The notes under the pieces: model-generated
The model's input: only the letters and a program-made list of their open reading frames with translations
The model's database searches: none
What the model was told of the DNA's origin: nothing
Shown: positions 1 through 7,780 of the stretch, piece by piece
Layout: every line of letters starts with the position of its first letter
Numbering within the stretch: position 1 is the first letter of the stretch
Program-made: the position numbers and the translations under genes
Assembly: GCA_042217695.1 (NCBI GenBank)
Contig: JBDGSE010000022.1
Location: forward strand, 1-13,138
DNA from: Candidatus Nanohaloarchaea archaeon
GTDB taxonomy: Archaea > Nanohalarchaeota > Nanosalinia > Nanosalinales > Nanosalinaceae
Direction: 5' to 3'
Length of the DNA stretch: 13,138 nucleotides

Positions 1-41
1 CTGTTGAAAACTGGGTTCTGCTGGTTTAATAACTTAATGAT

Positions 42-470
42 TTAGATGTAGATGATGGCGAATCCCGCGACCTCGCCCAGGATGGATATCAGCACCAGCC
101 ACTGGTAAAGCCTGTAGCTGGCCTCCAGATGTTCACTGGCCGATTCTATGGAGTTCAAGGCCTCTTTTGCAGCGCTAAACGACTCTGCTGCCTCCCTGAA
201 GTGGTTGTAGATGTTCACCTGCTCGTAGGTGTCCAGGCTCTGTATCGCCTGCAGGCTCTGGTTGAAACCGCTGGAGGACATCTTTGCCTCTGCCGTTGAA
301 AGCTTTTCCTCCGCCCTGTTGACATCGCTCATAGCGTCCTGGAACACGAAAACAGAGTGGACCGCGACCACAAGTAAAGCGGTGGAGGCCACGATCATGA
401 CTTTTCCCAGTTCGCGTTTGTCGACACGGTACCTTTCCGGGACGTGTTCTATCCATTCTACAGGGTTCAC
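42..470 (-). CDS. Hypothetical membrane protein: two TM helices flanking a helical/coiled-coil loop
   Basis: 142-aa ORF with hydrophobic segments VMIVASTALLVVAVHSVFVF and LYQWLVLISILGEVAGFAIIYI around an Ala/Glu/Ser-rich amphipathic region; TTTAAA 22 nt upstream of the GTG start. Confidence 0.8.
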   Translation of the reverse strand: MNPVEWIEHVPERYRVDKRELGKVMIVASTALLVVAVHSVFVFQDAMSDVNRAEEKLSTAEAKMSSSGFNQSLQAIQSLDTYEQVNIYNHFREAAESFSAAKEALNSIESASEHLEASYRLYQWLVLISILGEVAGFAIIYI

Positions 471-492
471 AACAGGAACTGGGGTCTCCCTG

Positions 493-498
493 TTTAAA
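493..498 (-). promoter_or_regulatory. Putative TATA box for 42-470
   Basis: TTTAAA with a 22-nt spacer to the start codon, matching other promoters in the window. Confidence 0.55.
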
Positions 499-503
499 TT
501 GGT

Positions 504-869
504 TCAATACTCCTTCAGGTCGATGCCGTATACGCGGTGCCACTCGGCGCAGGTCTTACCCTCGACCATCGCCTTCGGGGCCCACCGCGTCCCGATCGAT
601 TCGTTATTGATGGCCCCTATCTTTGCACCGATATGGTTGCACTCCCGGGTGATGTTCCCAAGGGCCTCGCACTCCTGTCTGTCAACGTATTCATAGCTCT
701 CGACCCTGAATCCGCGGCATTCATCGAGCACCAGGCCGTGACACCTGACATGTTTCGTGTAGCAGGTACCCTGGGCCTCGAACATCGGTATACCTACCAG
801 TACAGGTGCGAGCAACGCCGCGACGACCAGGCCTGCAACGGTAAGAGTTCTGCGGGAGTAAAAATCCAT
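504..869 (-). CDS. Hypothetical membrane-anchored Cys-rich exported protein (likely paralogue of 9713-10144)
   Basis: 121 aa, N-terminal hydrophobic anchor, 6 Cys, sequons NIT and NES, motifs RCHGLVLDECRG and GTRWAPKAMVEGKTCAEW. Confidence 0.8.
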   Translation of the reverse strand: MDFYSRRTLTVAGLVVAALLAPVLVGIPMFEAQGTCYTKHVRCHGLVLDECRGFRVESYEYVDRQECEALGNITRECNHIGAKIGAINNESIGTRWAPKAMVEGKTCAEWHRVYGIDLKEY

Positions 870-928
870 GATTAGTCCTGCAAAAGTTTTCTATCCGGCA
901 GTTTAATTATCTTCGGGGGGATAACCGG

Positions 929-934
929 TTTAAA
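929..934 (+). promoter_or_regulatory. Putative TATA box for the 957-2254 unit (divergent promoter region 870-956)
   Basis: TTTAAA 22 nt before ATG 957. Confidence 0.6.
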
Positions 935-956
935 TCTAAACCCGAAATCCGGTCCC

Positions 957-1358
957 ATGGGAATAAAACTGTGGATGGTTTTCGAAGCGCTCTCCCCGCA
1001 GGAGGAGGGACTTGAAGAAACCCTGGACGACCACATGGAAAAGCTCCGTTCCGAGGAAGGGGTCGATATACTCTCCGTGGAGGAGGATGAGGTCACCGAG
1101 ATGGAGGACCCTCACCCCGAACTGGATGTCGGATATTCGAAGGTAGTGGAGGTCGACCTGGAAGTGGAGAACCTGTCGAAAGCAGTCAACCTGACGCTCA
1201 ACTACGGGCCCACATATGTACAGGTGGAGGGTCCGGAGAACATCGAGGTCGACCTGAAAGACGCGCAGAACGCGCTGCAGAAAGTGGCGACCACGATGCA
1301 CCAGTACGCACAACAGGGACCGGGCGGAGTATTAATATCAAAAGCTTCCCAAGAATAA
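957..1358 (+). CDS. Acidic archaeal hypothetical protein (alpha/beta pattern, NYGPT motif)
   Basis: 133-aa ORF with host-like acidic composition and an upstream TATA box; no function recognised. Confidence 0.85.
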   Translation: MGIKLWMVFEALSPQEEGLEETLDDHMEKLRSEEGVDILSVEEDEVTEMEDPHPELDVGYSKVVEVDLEVENLSKAVNLTLNYGPTYVQVEGPENIEVDLKDAQNALQKVATTMHQYAQQGPGGVLISKASQE

Positions 1359-1369
1359 CGCGAGGAAAA

Positions 1370-2254
1370 ATGAAAAAGCTTGTACTGGCCGCCTCCCTGC
1401 TGGTACTTCTGGGCACGGTTTCAGCCACAACTATCGCCGAGGAAGAGGTGCGGATAGAGCTCTCCGATCCAAGTATAGATGTAGAGTTCCAGGTGAAGCA
1501 GCTCACATCCACTGATTTCACGTACGTGACCAATTACCCGGTGTTCAACCTGGAAGGCACTCTGAACGGCGAACCAGTAAACTGTAAGGTGGAGCGTCTG
1601 ACTATAGGCTCCAACATAAGGTGTGATGTCAACATGACCCGGTCATTCAACGTGACGCTGCGGTTCGAGACAGATGGGCTTACCTCCTCGGTACAGGACG
1701 TCAGAGTCTTCAGGTACTCGGAGTCCATCTACCGGCCGACCAACAACTACACGCTGAAGGTGGTGCTGCCGAAGGGCGGAGTCATCGTGAACGAGGAGAA
1801 CATCACGCAACCCGCCATCAGTCCGGCAGGGATGACAGGCAGTGACGGACAGCAGATATTCGTGAAATGGGAGACCGATCCTTCCCTGGGAGAGACGTTG
1901 AGCTACCAGTTCTACTACGAGCAGGTTTCCAACGGGAGGAACTACCTTCGAGCGGTCTACGGTGTTCTTCTGGCGCTGGCCCTGGCGGGCGGCAGCTACC
2001 TCCTCTACAGCAGGTTATTCAGGGAGGACCTGGAAGATCTCTACTCGGAGCTCTCCGGGGATGAGAAAGAGGTACTCGAGATACTTATAGAGAACGATGG
2101 AGAGATGCTGCAGAAGGACGTTGTGAACGAGTCCGGTTACTCCAAGGCCAAGGTCTCCGGCATCGTCTCCAGCCTTGTTGAGAAAGATATAGTGGCGAAA
2201 CAGAAGGAGGGACGGAGCAATAAACTTGCCATCTCCAAGCGGTACAGGTTCTAG
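1370..2254 (+). CDS. Membrane-associated helix-turn-helix protein (signal peptide, extracellular domain, TM, cytoplasmic winged HTH; COG2512-like)
   Basis: Signal peptide MKKLVLAASLLVLLGTVSA, beta-rich domain with sequons, TM helix, then LSGDEKEVLEILIENDGEMLQKDVVNESGYSKAKVSGIVSSLVEKDIVAKQKEGRSNKL (wHTH); GAGG upstream of ATG. Confidence 0.88.
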   Translation: MKKLVLAASLLVLLGTVSATTIAEEEVRIELSDPSIDVEFQVKQLTSTDFTYVTNYPVFNLEGTLNGEPVNCKVERLTIGSNIRCDVNMTRSFNVTLRFETDGLTSSVQDVRVFRYSESIYRPTNNYTLKVVLPKGGVIVNEENITQPAISPAGMTGSDGQQIFVKWETDPSLGETLSYQFYYEQVSNGRNYLRAVYGVLLALALAGGSYLLYSRLFREDLEDLYSELSGDEKEVLEILIENDGEMLQKDVVNESGYSKAKVSGIVSSLVEKDIVAKQKEGRSNKLAISKRYRF

Positions 2255-2536
2255 TCAGTTGCTGAAAGCGATGGTGAACCACTGCACGTTTCCACGGTAG
2301 CTGTGCCTGCAGATCGCGCGGACATCTGCGGCGTTCTCCACTTTCTCCGACACGTTCACGTTGATTTCCCGCGGAGAGAAGCAGTCCACAGTGCCGTTAA
2401 ACGTTTTATTCTGCATTATACGGTCTTCGACCCTGTTGTAGTATTTCTGCTCGTCTTTCATGGTGAAGCTGGCCGTGGCAACACCAGCCACCAGGCCGAT
2501 AACCGCTACAACCGCCATCGTCCTGTAAAGTTCCAT
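2255..2536 (-). CDS. Small exported/membrane-anchored hypothetical protein with 2 Cys
   Basis: 93 aa, N-terminal hydrophobic segment, sequons NKT, NGT and NVS; 2 nt after the stop of the upstream gene. Confidence 0.8.
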   Translation of the reverse strand: MELYRTMAVVAVIGLVAGVATASFTMKDEQKYYNRVEDRIMQNKTFNGTVDCFSPREINVNVSEKVENAADVRAICRHSYRGNVQWFTIAFSN

Positions 2537-2538
2537 TT

Positions 2539-3210
2539 CTATCCGCTCGCGTTCACATCGATGTATTGCTCGATTTTTGACCGGTAATGGTAGCCGCGGA
2601 GGACATGTTTGCCGTTCACAACAAGTGTCGGCACATCTGTAACGTTGTACTGTTCCTCGAGTATCTCTATCATGCCGTCCTCCATCTGAGTGGGAATGGT
2701 GAAGACGAGTAGCCTGTCCTCGTACTTCTCCTTCAGGTAGTCAAGCTGCTGTCCCTGACGGGCGCATGCAGGGCAGCCCTTCTTGTCCAGGGTGTTGGTG
2801 AAGAAGAGGATCGTGGAGGCGTTGTAACCACATTCCTGTCTCAGATCCTGGGCGAACATCCAGTACCGGATGCCAGAAAGTATGTAGCGATGTTTTATCT
2901 CCCGGAACGTTTCTCTGCGGAAGAAGCTGCTGTCCTCGTATTTCTGGAGACTGCCCAGCCGGGAGTTGTACTCCCTGATTATGTTTGTCAGCCCCGCCTT
3001 CATGGGTGCGCAGGACTTCACATCGCTGGACTGTAAATAGTTCAGCTGAAGCTGCTGGCTCTCCAGCTCGGCAAGGTTATCTCTTCTGCTCTCGGTGAGG
3101 GCGTCCGCCCTGACGCCATCGACGAAGTTGCTGACGAAGACCCCGAGAAGGAACACGAGAACGGTCAGGAGAGCTGCAAACGCGTAACGGTATCTCTGCA
3201 CTTCTTCCAT
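2539..3210 (-). CDS. Membrane-anchored thioredoxin-fold protein (CPAC)
   Basis: N-terminal TM helix, helical linker with 2 further Cys, ILFFT...GCPACARQG active-site pattern and YNVTDVPTLVVNG cis-Pro motif. Confidence 0.85.
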   Translation of the reverse strand: MEEVQRYRYAFAALLTVLVFLLGVFVSNFVDGVRADALTESRRDNLAELESQQLQLNYLQSSDVKSCAPMKAGLTNIIREYNSRLGSLQKYEDSSFFRRETFREIKHRYILSGIRYWMFAQDLRQECGYNASTILFFTNTLDKKGCPACARQGQQLDYLKEKYEDRLLVFTIPTQMEDGMIEILEEQYNVTDVPTLVVNGKHVLRGYHYRSKIEQYIDVNASG

Positions 3211-3212
3211 CT

Positions 3213-4601
3213 TTATCTTGCCCTGTATATACTGTAGTTACAATATGACCCGTTGAGTTCAAAAACGTTGGTGTAATTGGCCTCGAGAGTTTTCTCAAGC
3301 TGGTCTATCTCGGCGCGACAGTCCGTGTTACCGGGCGTACAGTACCAGGCACAGCTGTTTATGGAGAAGTAATCCGCCTTCTGTCTGGCCTTCTCAAAGG
3401 AGTCTTCGAGAGTCGCCGGTGGCAGCGGGAAGTACTTTATATCGCCGTATGCCATTATAGTGGGGTCGTTGGCCGCCACCACGCCGGTCAGATTGGAGTG
3501 TGCCCTGTAGTACTCTGCGGCGTTCGTGTTGATGTTCTGTCCCCAGGCCGGCAGGAACGAGGCCAGCATCAGGACTGCCGAGGCCAGAACAACGATTTTG
3601 ACCGCCCTTGAGGCATGGAAACCTCTGTCCGAGAGTTCCTCAAAGATGGACTCGAATCCGCGGGCCCCGAAAAGGGCGAGCAGTGGAAGGAAAAGCAGCG
3701 CGAACCGCGCCTCCTTGTGTGGGAAGACTGTGAAGAACGCGTAGGAGAACATCAGACCGGAGAGAAAGACGTAGCGGTTCCTCTCCCTTTGCCTGAAAAC
3801 GGCGTACAGACCGAGCGGGAACGCCAGGAGCAGCGGACTGGATTTCAGGGTGTGGAACACGTAGTAGAGGCCGAACATGTAGGTGTTCGCCGTGGCGGCC
3901 GGGATGGCAACTCCACGGATGAAGGGTTTCAGCATGCTTCCGTAGTAGTAATGCATCGCCAAGAGGTATGGTGCCGCCACCGCGAAGAACGCAGCCGTAT
4001 AGACCGCGGCGTTCTCCACCATAGTGCTCCAGTCATCCCGGTAACTGTAGGCGACGTATGCAACGGCAGCAGGCCCCACTACCGCGGCAGGGAACCTCAT
4101 CAGGAACGCCAGGCCTCCCAGTGCACCCCCCGCCATGTAGTTCTCCTTCTCCACTAGGTACAGGGATGCGAACAGAAGCATTGATGCCGGTAGACCGGTC
4201 AGCAGCATGTTGCTGTACCAGAAGTAGAGTGAACTGGAGAGCAAAAGTGTCACGGTCGTGACCGCCTCTCTTTTCGTGTAGAGGTCTCTCACCATGAAGT
4301 AGACGGCGCCGGCACCTGTAAACGAGAAGGCAAGGGCCAGAAGACGGGTGAAACCGATGGAGGGCATCCCGATCTTCCAGAGGGCTCCCGCAACCACCGG
4401 CAGGAGGGGTGGACGGAAGACCTCCCAGAGCCCTGTACTTCCGCCAGTGAACAGGTACTTACCCATGCCGACGTATATGGCGCTGTCCCATATCAGAGGT
4501 TTCTGCCACACCTTCAGCATCAGAACAAGCTGCAAAGCCGCGAAAAACCCTGTTATCGCCAGGAACTTCCTGTTACGGCGTATCTTCTGGGTCAGCTCCA
4601 T
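3213..4601 (-). CDS. GT-C fold polytopic glycosyltransferase (ArnT/PMT-like, GT83/GT39)
   Basis: WDSAIY after TM1, FRPPLLP, GGLAFLMRFP and HKEARF motifs; many TM helices; C-terminal extracellular domain. Confidence 0.88.
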   Translation of the reverse strand: MELTQKIRRNRKFLAITGFFAALQLVLMLKVWQKPLIWDSAIYVGMGKYLFTGGSTGLWEVFRPPLLPVVAGALWKIGMPSIGFTRLLALAFSFTGAGAVYFMVRDLYTKREAVTTVTLLLSSSLYFWYSNMLLTGLPASMLLFASLYLVEKENYMAGGALGGLAFLMRFPAAVVGPAAVAYVAYSYRDDWSTMVENAAVYTAAFFAVAAPYLLAMHYYYGSMLKPFIRGVAIPAATANTYMFGLYYVFHTLKSSPLLLAFPLGLYAVFRQRERNRYVFLSGLMFSYAFFTVFPHKEARFALLFLPLLALFGARGFESIFEELSDRGFHASRAVKIVVLASAVLMLASFLPAWGQNINTNAAEYYRAHSNLTGVVAANDPTIMAYGDIKYFPLPPATLEDSFEKARQKADYFSINSCAWYCTPGNTDCRAEIDQLEKTLEANYTNVFELNGSYCNYSIYRAR

Positions 4602-4604
4602 CTT

Positions 4605-5852
4605 TTACCACTCCATACCCTTCTTGCGTACTATATCCGTCACGACTTTTATCCAGATAGGGGTTATGATGTAGAAGTAGAAGAACAGGTATATAATGGG
4701 CGGTATCCTGCCGTACTCGAAGAGACCCTCCTCGGTGTGTTTCGCCGCAAGATATGCGGTAAATATCGAGATAAACGTCACGAATCCCAGCAGCATCAGG
4801 GAAACGAGTTTGGCGTCGAGCAGTGTCCAGTAAACCGCCTCTGCCAGGGCAGGGAAGCTCGTGGGGATGGCGATGTCAAGTGCGGCTGCGCCCACGGAGA
4901 ACAGGCTCCGGGCAAAATTCACTATGGGTCTGCCGATGAAGTAGACAAGGAGGGAGAACCCCATCAGTGACAGCAGCATCTGTACGGCCTTGCTGGGGAT
5001 GCCGAAGACCCCGAATTCGCCGTATTTCGGGTTCAGGAACATGTGCCGGTAATCCAGCATGGTTTCCAGCGTCCCGCGCTGCCACCTGTACCTCTGGTTG
5101 TAGAACTCCTTCAGGTTTCTCGGCGCCACGGTATATACCTCGCCGCTCCGGGAGTGTCCCAGGCGCAGGCCTTCCTCGTGCAGGCGGTAACATATCTCCT
5201 GGTCCTCAACCATCGACTCCGGGTCGAATCCACCGAGATCCTTTATCACCTCTGTCCTGTAGACGCTGAGAGGGCCTGGAGCTACCGGTATCGCGTCGAG
5301 AAGCCCGAGTATCTTTCTCAGAAATATGCTGACGATGTACTCGACCCTCTGTGCGCGCTGTAACAGTGTCTCCGGTTCGTGGACCTTCATCGCGGAGGCT
5401 ATGCCGGCCATATCGTCCTCCAGTCCGGCGACGATGTTCTTCACCGAGTCCTCCTTCAGGCGTGCATCCGCATCGACCACCGCGAAAAGTTCTGTATCGA
5501 CCTCTTCAAGCGCGGTGTTCATCGCCGCACCCTTGCCCTGGTTCTCCTGGTTGATGAGCTGTACCCTGTCGGTGTACTGTTCCACCACTTTCCGGGTATC
5601 ATCCTCGCTGCCATCGTTGACCACTATTACCTCAAACTTGTCCTCGGGATAGTCCGCGTCGAGAACCGATTCTATGGTCATGCCTACGGTGTCTTCCTCG
5701 TTGTAGGCCGGTATTATCATCGTTATGGAGGGCCACTCCTCAGGGTACTCGATGTCGCGCTTCAGCTCGCCGCGCTCAAGGAAAACCAGCAGTAAAAGGA
5801 AGGAGATGTAGAACATTCCAATGTAGAGGACCCATACCGCGACGTCAAGCAT
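4605..5852 (-). CDS. Processive-type GT2 glycosyltransferase (cellulose synthase/PgaC-like)
   Basis: IPAYNEE, VNDGSED, GKGAAMN, DADA (DxD), VED and QRYRW (QxxRW) motifs; N- and C-terminal TM helices. Confidence 0.93.
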   Translation of the reverse strand: MLDVAVWVLYIGMFYISFLLLLVFLERGELKRDIEYPEEWPSITMIIPAYNEEDTVGMTIESVLDADYPEDKFEVIVVNDGSEDDTRKVVEQYTDRVQLINQENQGKGAAMNTALEEVDTELFAVVDADARLKEDSVKNIVAGLEDDMAGIASAMKVHEPETLLQRAQRVEYIVSIFLRKILGLLDAIPVAPGPLSVYRTEVIKDLGGFDPESMVEDQEICYRLHEEGLRLGHSRSGEVYTVAPRNLKEFYNQRYRWQRGTLETMLDYRHMFLNPKYGEFGVFGIPSKAVQMLLSLMGFSLLVYFIGRPIVNFARSLFSVGAAALDIAIPTSFPALAEAVYWTLLDAKLVSLMLLGFVTFISIFTAYLAAKHTEEGLFEYGRIPPIIYLFFYFYIITPIWIKVVTDIVRKKGMEW

Positions 5853-5876
5853 AGGAATAGCTGGACGAAAAACAAT

Positions 5877-5884
5877 AATATAAG
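5877..5884 (-). promoter_or_regulatory. Putative TATA box for the GT2 operon
   Basis: CTTATATT 24 nt upstream of ATG 5852. Confidence 0.55.
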
Positions 5885-5891
5885 CCGTGGT

Positions 5892-7073
5892 TCAGTCCTT
5901 TTTCTGGAACTCTCTGAGGAATACCGTGGCGTAGGAGCCCTTTGGCAGGTCGAACTTGACCCTCATCTTGTTCTTGGTCATGTTGAGCTCGTCTTCGTCG
6001 ATCTCCAGTATCTCGAAGTTCCTGAAATCGGCGAACGCTCTCCTGTAGGATCCCTCGGACCGGAGCTCCGGGAAGTCCTGGAGCCTGAAATCTTCCTGTG
6101 AGACGCCCTCTTCCTCGATGTATTCCTCTATCAGGTTCTCCGGCCTGTTGTCCTTCAGCTCGGTCTTGTAGCCGACCAGAGGTATCTCGTACTCTTCCTC
6201 GTACCAACCTTCAGAAATGAGCTGTGAGAGAACGCGGTTGTAGATCCAGGACTGGTATGCGTGGATGAAAAGCTTCTGCAGGCCTTCAGGTAGCCGTTTG
6301 ATGGCTCCCTGGTAGTCGCCTGGGTTCTTTGTCAGGTGGTACAGCAGCGTTTTCTCGTATCGGTTCTTCTCGGGGAATTTCTCCGCGGCACCCTCTACCT
6401 CGCGGGTCTCCCAGAGCTCTTCCCGCACCTTTCTTATGCTCTTGTACTCATCCTCGTAGGGCTTGGCTATGTAGGTCCAGACCGCTTCCTCGTAGTCTCC
6501 CTGGAGGATCAGCCTGCCGACCTGGTGGGTTATCGGCCTCGGAGACCCGAACCTCTGACCCCCGAAATAGTTGGGGAACTTGCCGTCGAGTTCATCCACG
6601 ACCTTCAGCGCGCGGTTCCTTATCTCCTCCACAGGCAGTTCGAGGTCTCTTACAACTATCTCGAATCGATTGGCAGACAGGTCGCCGAGCCCTATGTAAC
6701 CGTTCTCCCCGACCACCTCGAGGTCGAATTCGTCGGTGTATATCCCGCGGATATCCTCCGGGGTCACGCCCTGGACGGAGATGTACTGTTCCGTTATCGC
6801 ACGTTTGTCCTTGTTACCCGCGTATCCGATCCTGTCGCGGGAGATATGCAGCATGTTGGACAGCTTGTTCACCGCATCCATGGTGGTCATGTTCTGCTTC
6901 CTGAGCTTCACCACCAGGTGGTCTCCCTCGCCCGTATCGTGGGACGCCAGTTCACGGACGATAAAATCGTTGACCTGTTCCTTTATGGCTCCTTCTATAC
7001 CCAGCGTGGAGGTCTGGTACTCCCAGTCCATACTCGACAGCTTCGAAGCCATCTCGTCCATCGTCTGATTCAT
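5892..7073 (-). CDS. truD: tRNA pseudouridine(13) synthase TruD/Pus7
   Basis: DFIVRE, GYAGNKDKRAITEQ (catalytic Asp), FPNYFGGQRFG, LFIHAYQS and FDLPKGSYATVFLRE motifs; start overlaps the pth2 stop. Confidence 0.97.
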   Translation of the reverse strand: MNQTMDEMASKLSSMDWEYQTSTLGIEGAIKEQVNDFIVRELASHDTGEGDHLVVKLRKQNMTTMDAVNKLSNMLHISRDRIGYAGNKDKRAITEQYISVQGVTPEDIRGIYTDEFDLEVVGENGYIGLGDLSANRFEIVVRDLELPVEEIRNRALKVVDELDGKFPNYFGGQRFGSPRPITHQVGRLILQGDYEEAVWTYIAKPYEDEYKSIRKVREELWETREVEGAAEKFPEKNRYEKTLLYHLTKNPGDYQGAIKRLPEGLQKLFIHAYQSWIYNRVLSQLISEGWYEEEYEIPLVGYKTELKDNRPENLIEEYIEEEGVSQEDFRLQDFPELRSEGSYRRAFADFRNFEILEIDEDELNMTKNKMRVKFDLPKGSYATVFLREFQKKD

Positions 7074-7417
7074 TTTACCAGTTCAAGTTCTCCTGTTATG
7101 CTATCGATTTTTGATTCCTTGGCCGGCCCGATGCCGAGGGCGGTTACAGTGCCCGGTTCTACCTCGGTCAGTCCCGCGTCCTCCACGAGGTATGCAGGCA
7201 GACCCTGACCTAAAGCTTTCTGGTAAAGCTGTCTAATATCGTTATCTCCGGTCTCGAGAACCACTTTTTTCGCGCCCTGGGTTTTCCATTCCTCTACTTC
7301 CCCCTCGTCTGCCTCCATGTAGGAGTTGAGAGAGGCGTGGCAAGCCTGCGAGATAAGTTTACCTTTCGACATCTCTGCGTTACCTTGAAGTACGATGGCT
7401 TGCTTATAAGCGGTCAT
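7070..7417 (-). CDS. pth2: Peptidyl-tRNA hydrolase Pth2 (archaeal/eukaryotic type)
   Basis: KQAIV, MSKGKLISQACHA, KKVVL, DAGLTEVEPGTVTALGIGPA and IDSITGELEL motifs. Confidence 0.97.
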   Translation of the reverse strand: MTAYKQAIVLQGNAEMSKGKLISQACHASLNSYMEADEGEVEEWKTQGAKKVVLETGDNDIRQLYQKALGQGLPAYLVEDAGLTEVEPGTVTALGIGPAKESKIDSITGELELVK

Positions 7418-7440
7418 AACACTACTCTTTGTATTCCGAG

Positions 7441-7446
7441 TTTAAG
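7441..7446 (-). promoter_or_regulatory. Putative TATA box for pth2-truD
   Basis: CTTAAA 23 nt upstream of ATG 7417. Confidence 0.6.
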
Positions 7447-7487
7447 GGATTTCACCTTTTCCCCTACACCATTATTGCCCCCGGAGG

Positions 7488-7495
7488 TTTAATTA
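7488..7495 (+). promoter_or_regulatory. Orphan TATA-like box with no credible CDS downstream
   Basis: GGTTTAATTA resembles the GGTTTAAA promoter at 927-934; the same spacing predicts a start near 7516-7517. Confidence 0.4.
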
Positions 7496-7516
7496 CTTTT
7501 CGGTGACAACAAGAGA

Positions 7517-7584
7517 GTGTCGGGCTCCCGGGTCGGGAAACGGGATATGGGTCCGCAGGTTTCTGCCTTGAGATACCTGCCACA
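7517..7584 (+). ncRNA. Candidate structured small RNA convergent to tRNA-Val
   Basis: GC-rich island with GUG/CAC closure, GGGCUC(7522-27)/GGGUCC(7549-54) helix and GCAGGU(7555-60)/ACCUGC(7575-80) hairpin; lies 23 nt after a TATA-like box. Confidence 0.3.
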
Positions 7585-7613
7585 ACTATTCTCCTGGAGG
7601 GAGATGGGTCCGC
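7542..7613. repeat. 15-nt imperfect direct repeat duplicating the tRNA 3' end plus trailer
   Basis: gggatatgggtccgc (7542-7556) vs gggagatgggtccgc (7599-7613), 14/15 identical, period 57. Confidence 0.8.
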
Positions 7614-7733
7614 CCAGATTCGAACTGGGGATCTTCGCCTTACTCACTCGCCTCGCGTGTGAGTCAAAGCAACGCGGCTTTGCACGCGGTGCGGCTGTAA
7701 GGGCGACGTCATAACCAACTAGACCACGGACCC
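7605..7733 (-). tRNA. tRNA-Val(TAC), intron-containing, CCA not encoded
   Basis: Spliced 74 nt: GGGTCCG TG GTCT AGTTGGTTA TGAC G TCGCC CTTACA^A GGCGA AGATC CCCAG TTCGAAT CTGGG CGGACCC A; complete cloverleaf, anticodon at 7699-7697. Confidence 0.97.
7641..7695 (-). other. 55-nt tRNA intron at the canonical 37/38 position with a bulge-helix-bulge motif
   Basis: Exon C32-U33-U34-A35 pairs with intron UGAG (C-G, U-A, U-G, A-U); 3-nt bulges CA^G and UA^A; internal hairpins CGCGUG/CACGCG and CAAAGC/GCUUUG. Confidence 0.92.
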
Positions 7734-7763
7734 CTGCCGACAATATACCCGGTAGGAAGTAAT

Positions 7764-7771
7764 TCTTAAAA
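7764..7771 (-). promoter_or_regulatory. Putative TATA box of tRNA-Val
   Basis: TTTTAAGA about 30 nt upstream of G1, between the herA stop and the tRNA. Confidence 0.6.
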
Positions 7772-7780
7772 CAAGTCGGG

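Noticed and set aside
6329..7208. Long antisense ORFs (290 aa and 191 aa) opposite truD, and similar shadow ORFs opposite GT2, herA and FIST
   Set aside because: They are shadow frames of well-supported genes, expected from the codon bias, with no motifs and non-acidic composition
7503..7583. Minus-strand resemblance to 5S rRNA (GAAAC...ACCCAU..CCCG) with a 7-bp GUGGCAG/UUGUCAC closure
   Set aside because: Only about 81 nt; it lacks the loop C GAAC motif and the helix IV/V domain, and it does not form a tRNA cloverleaf
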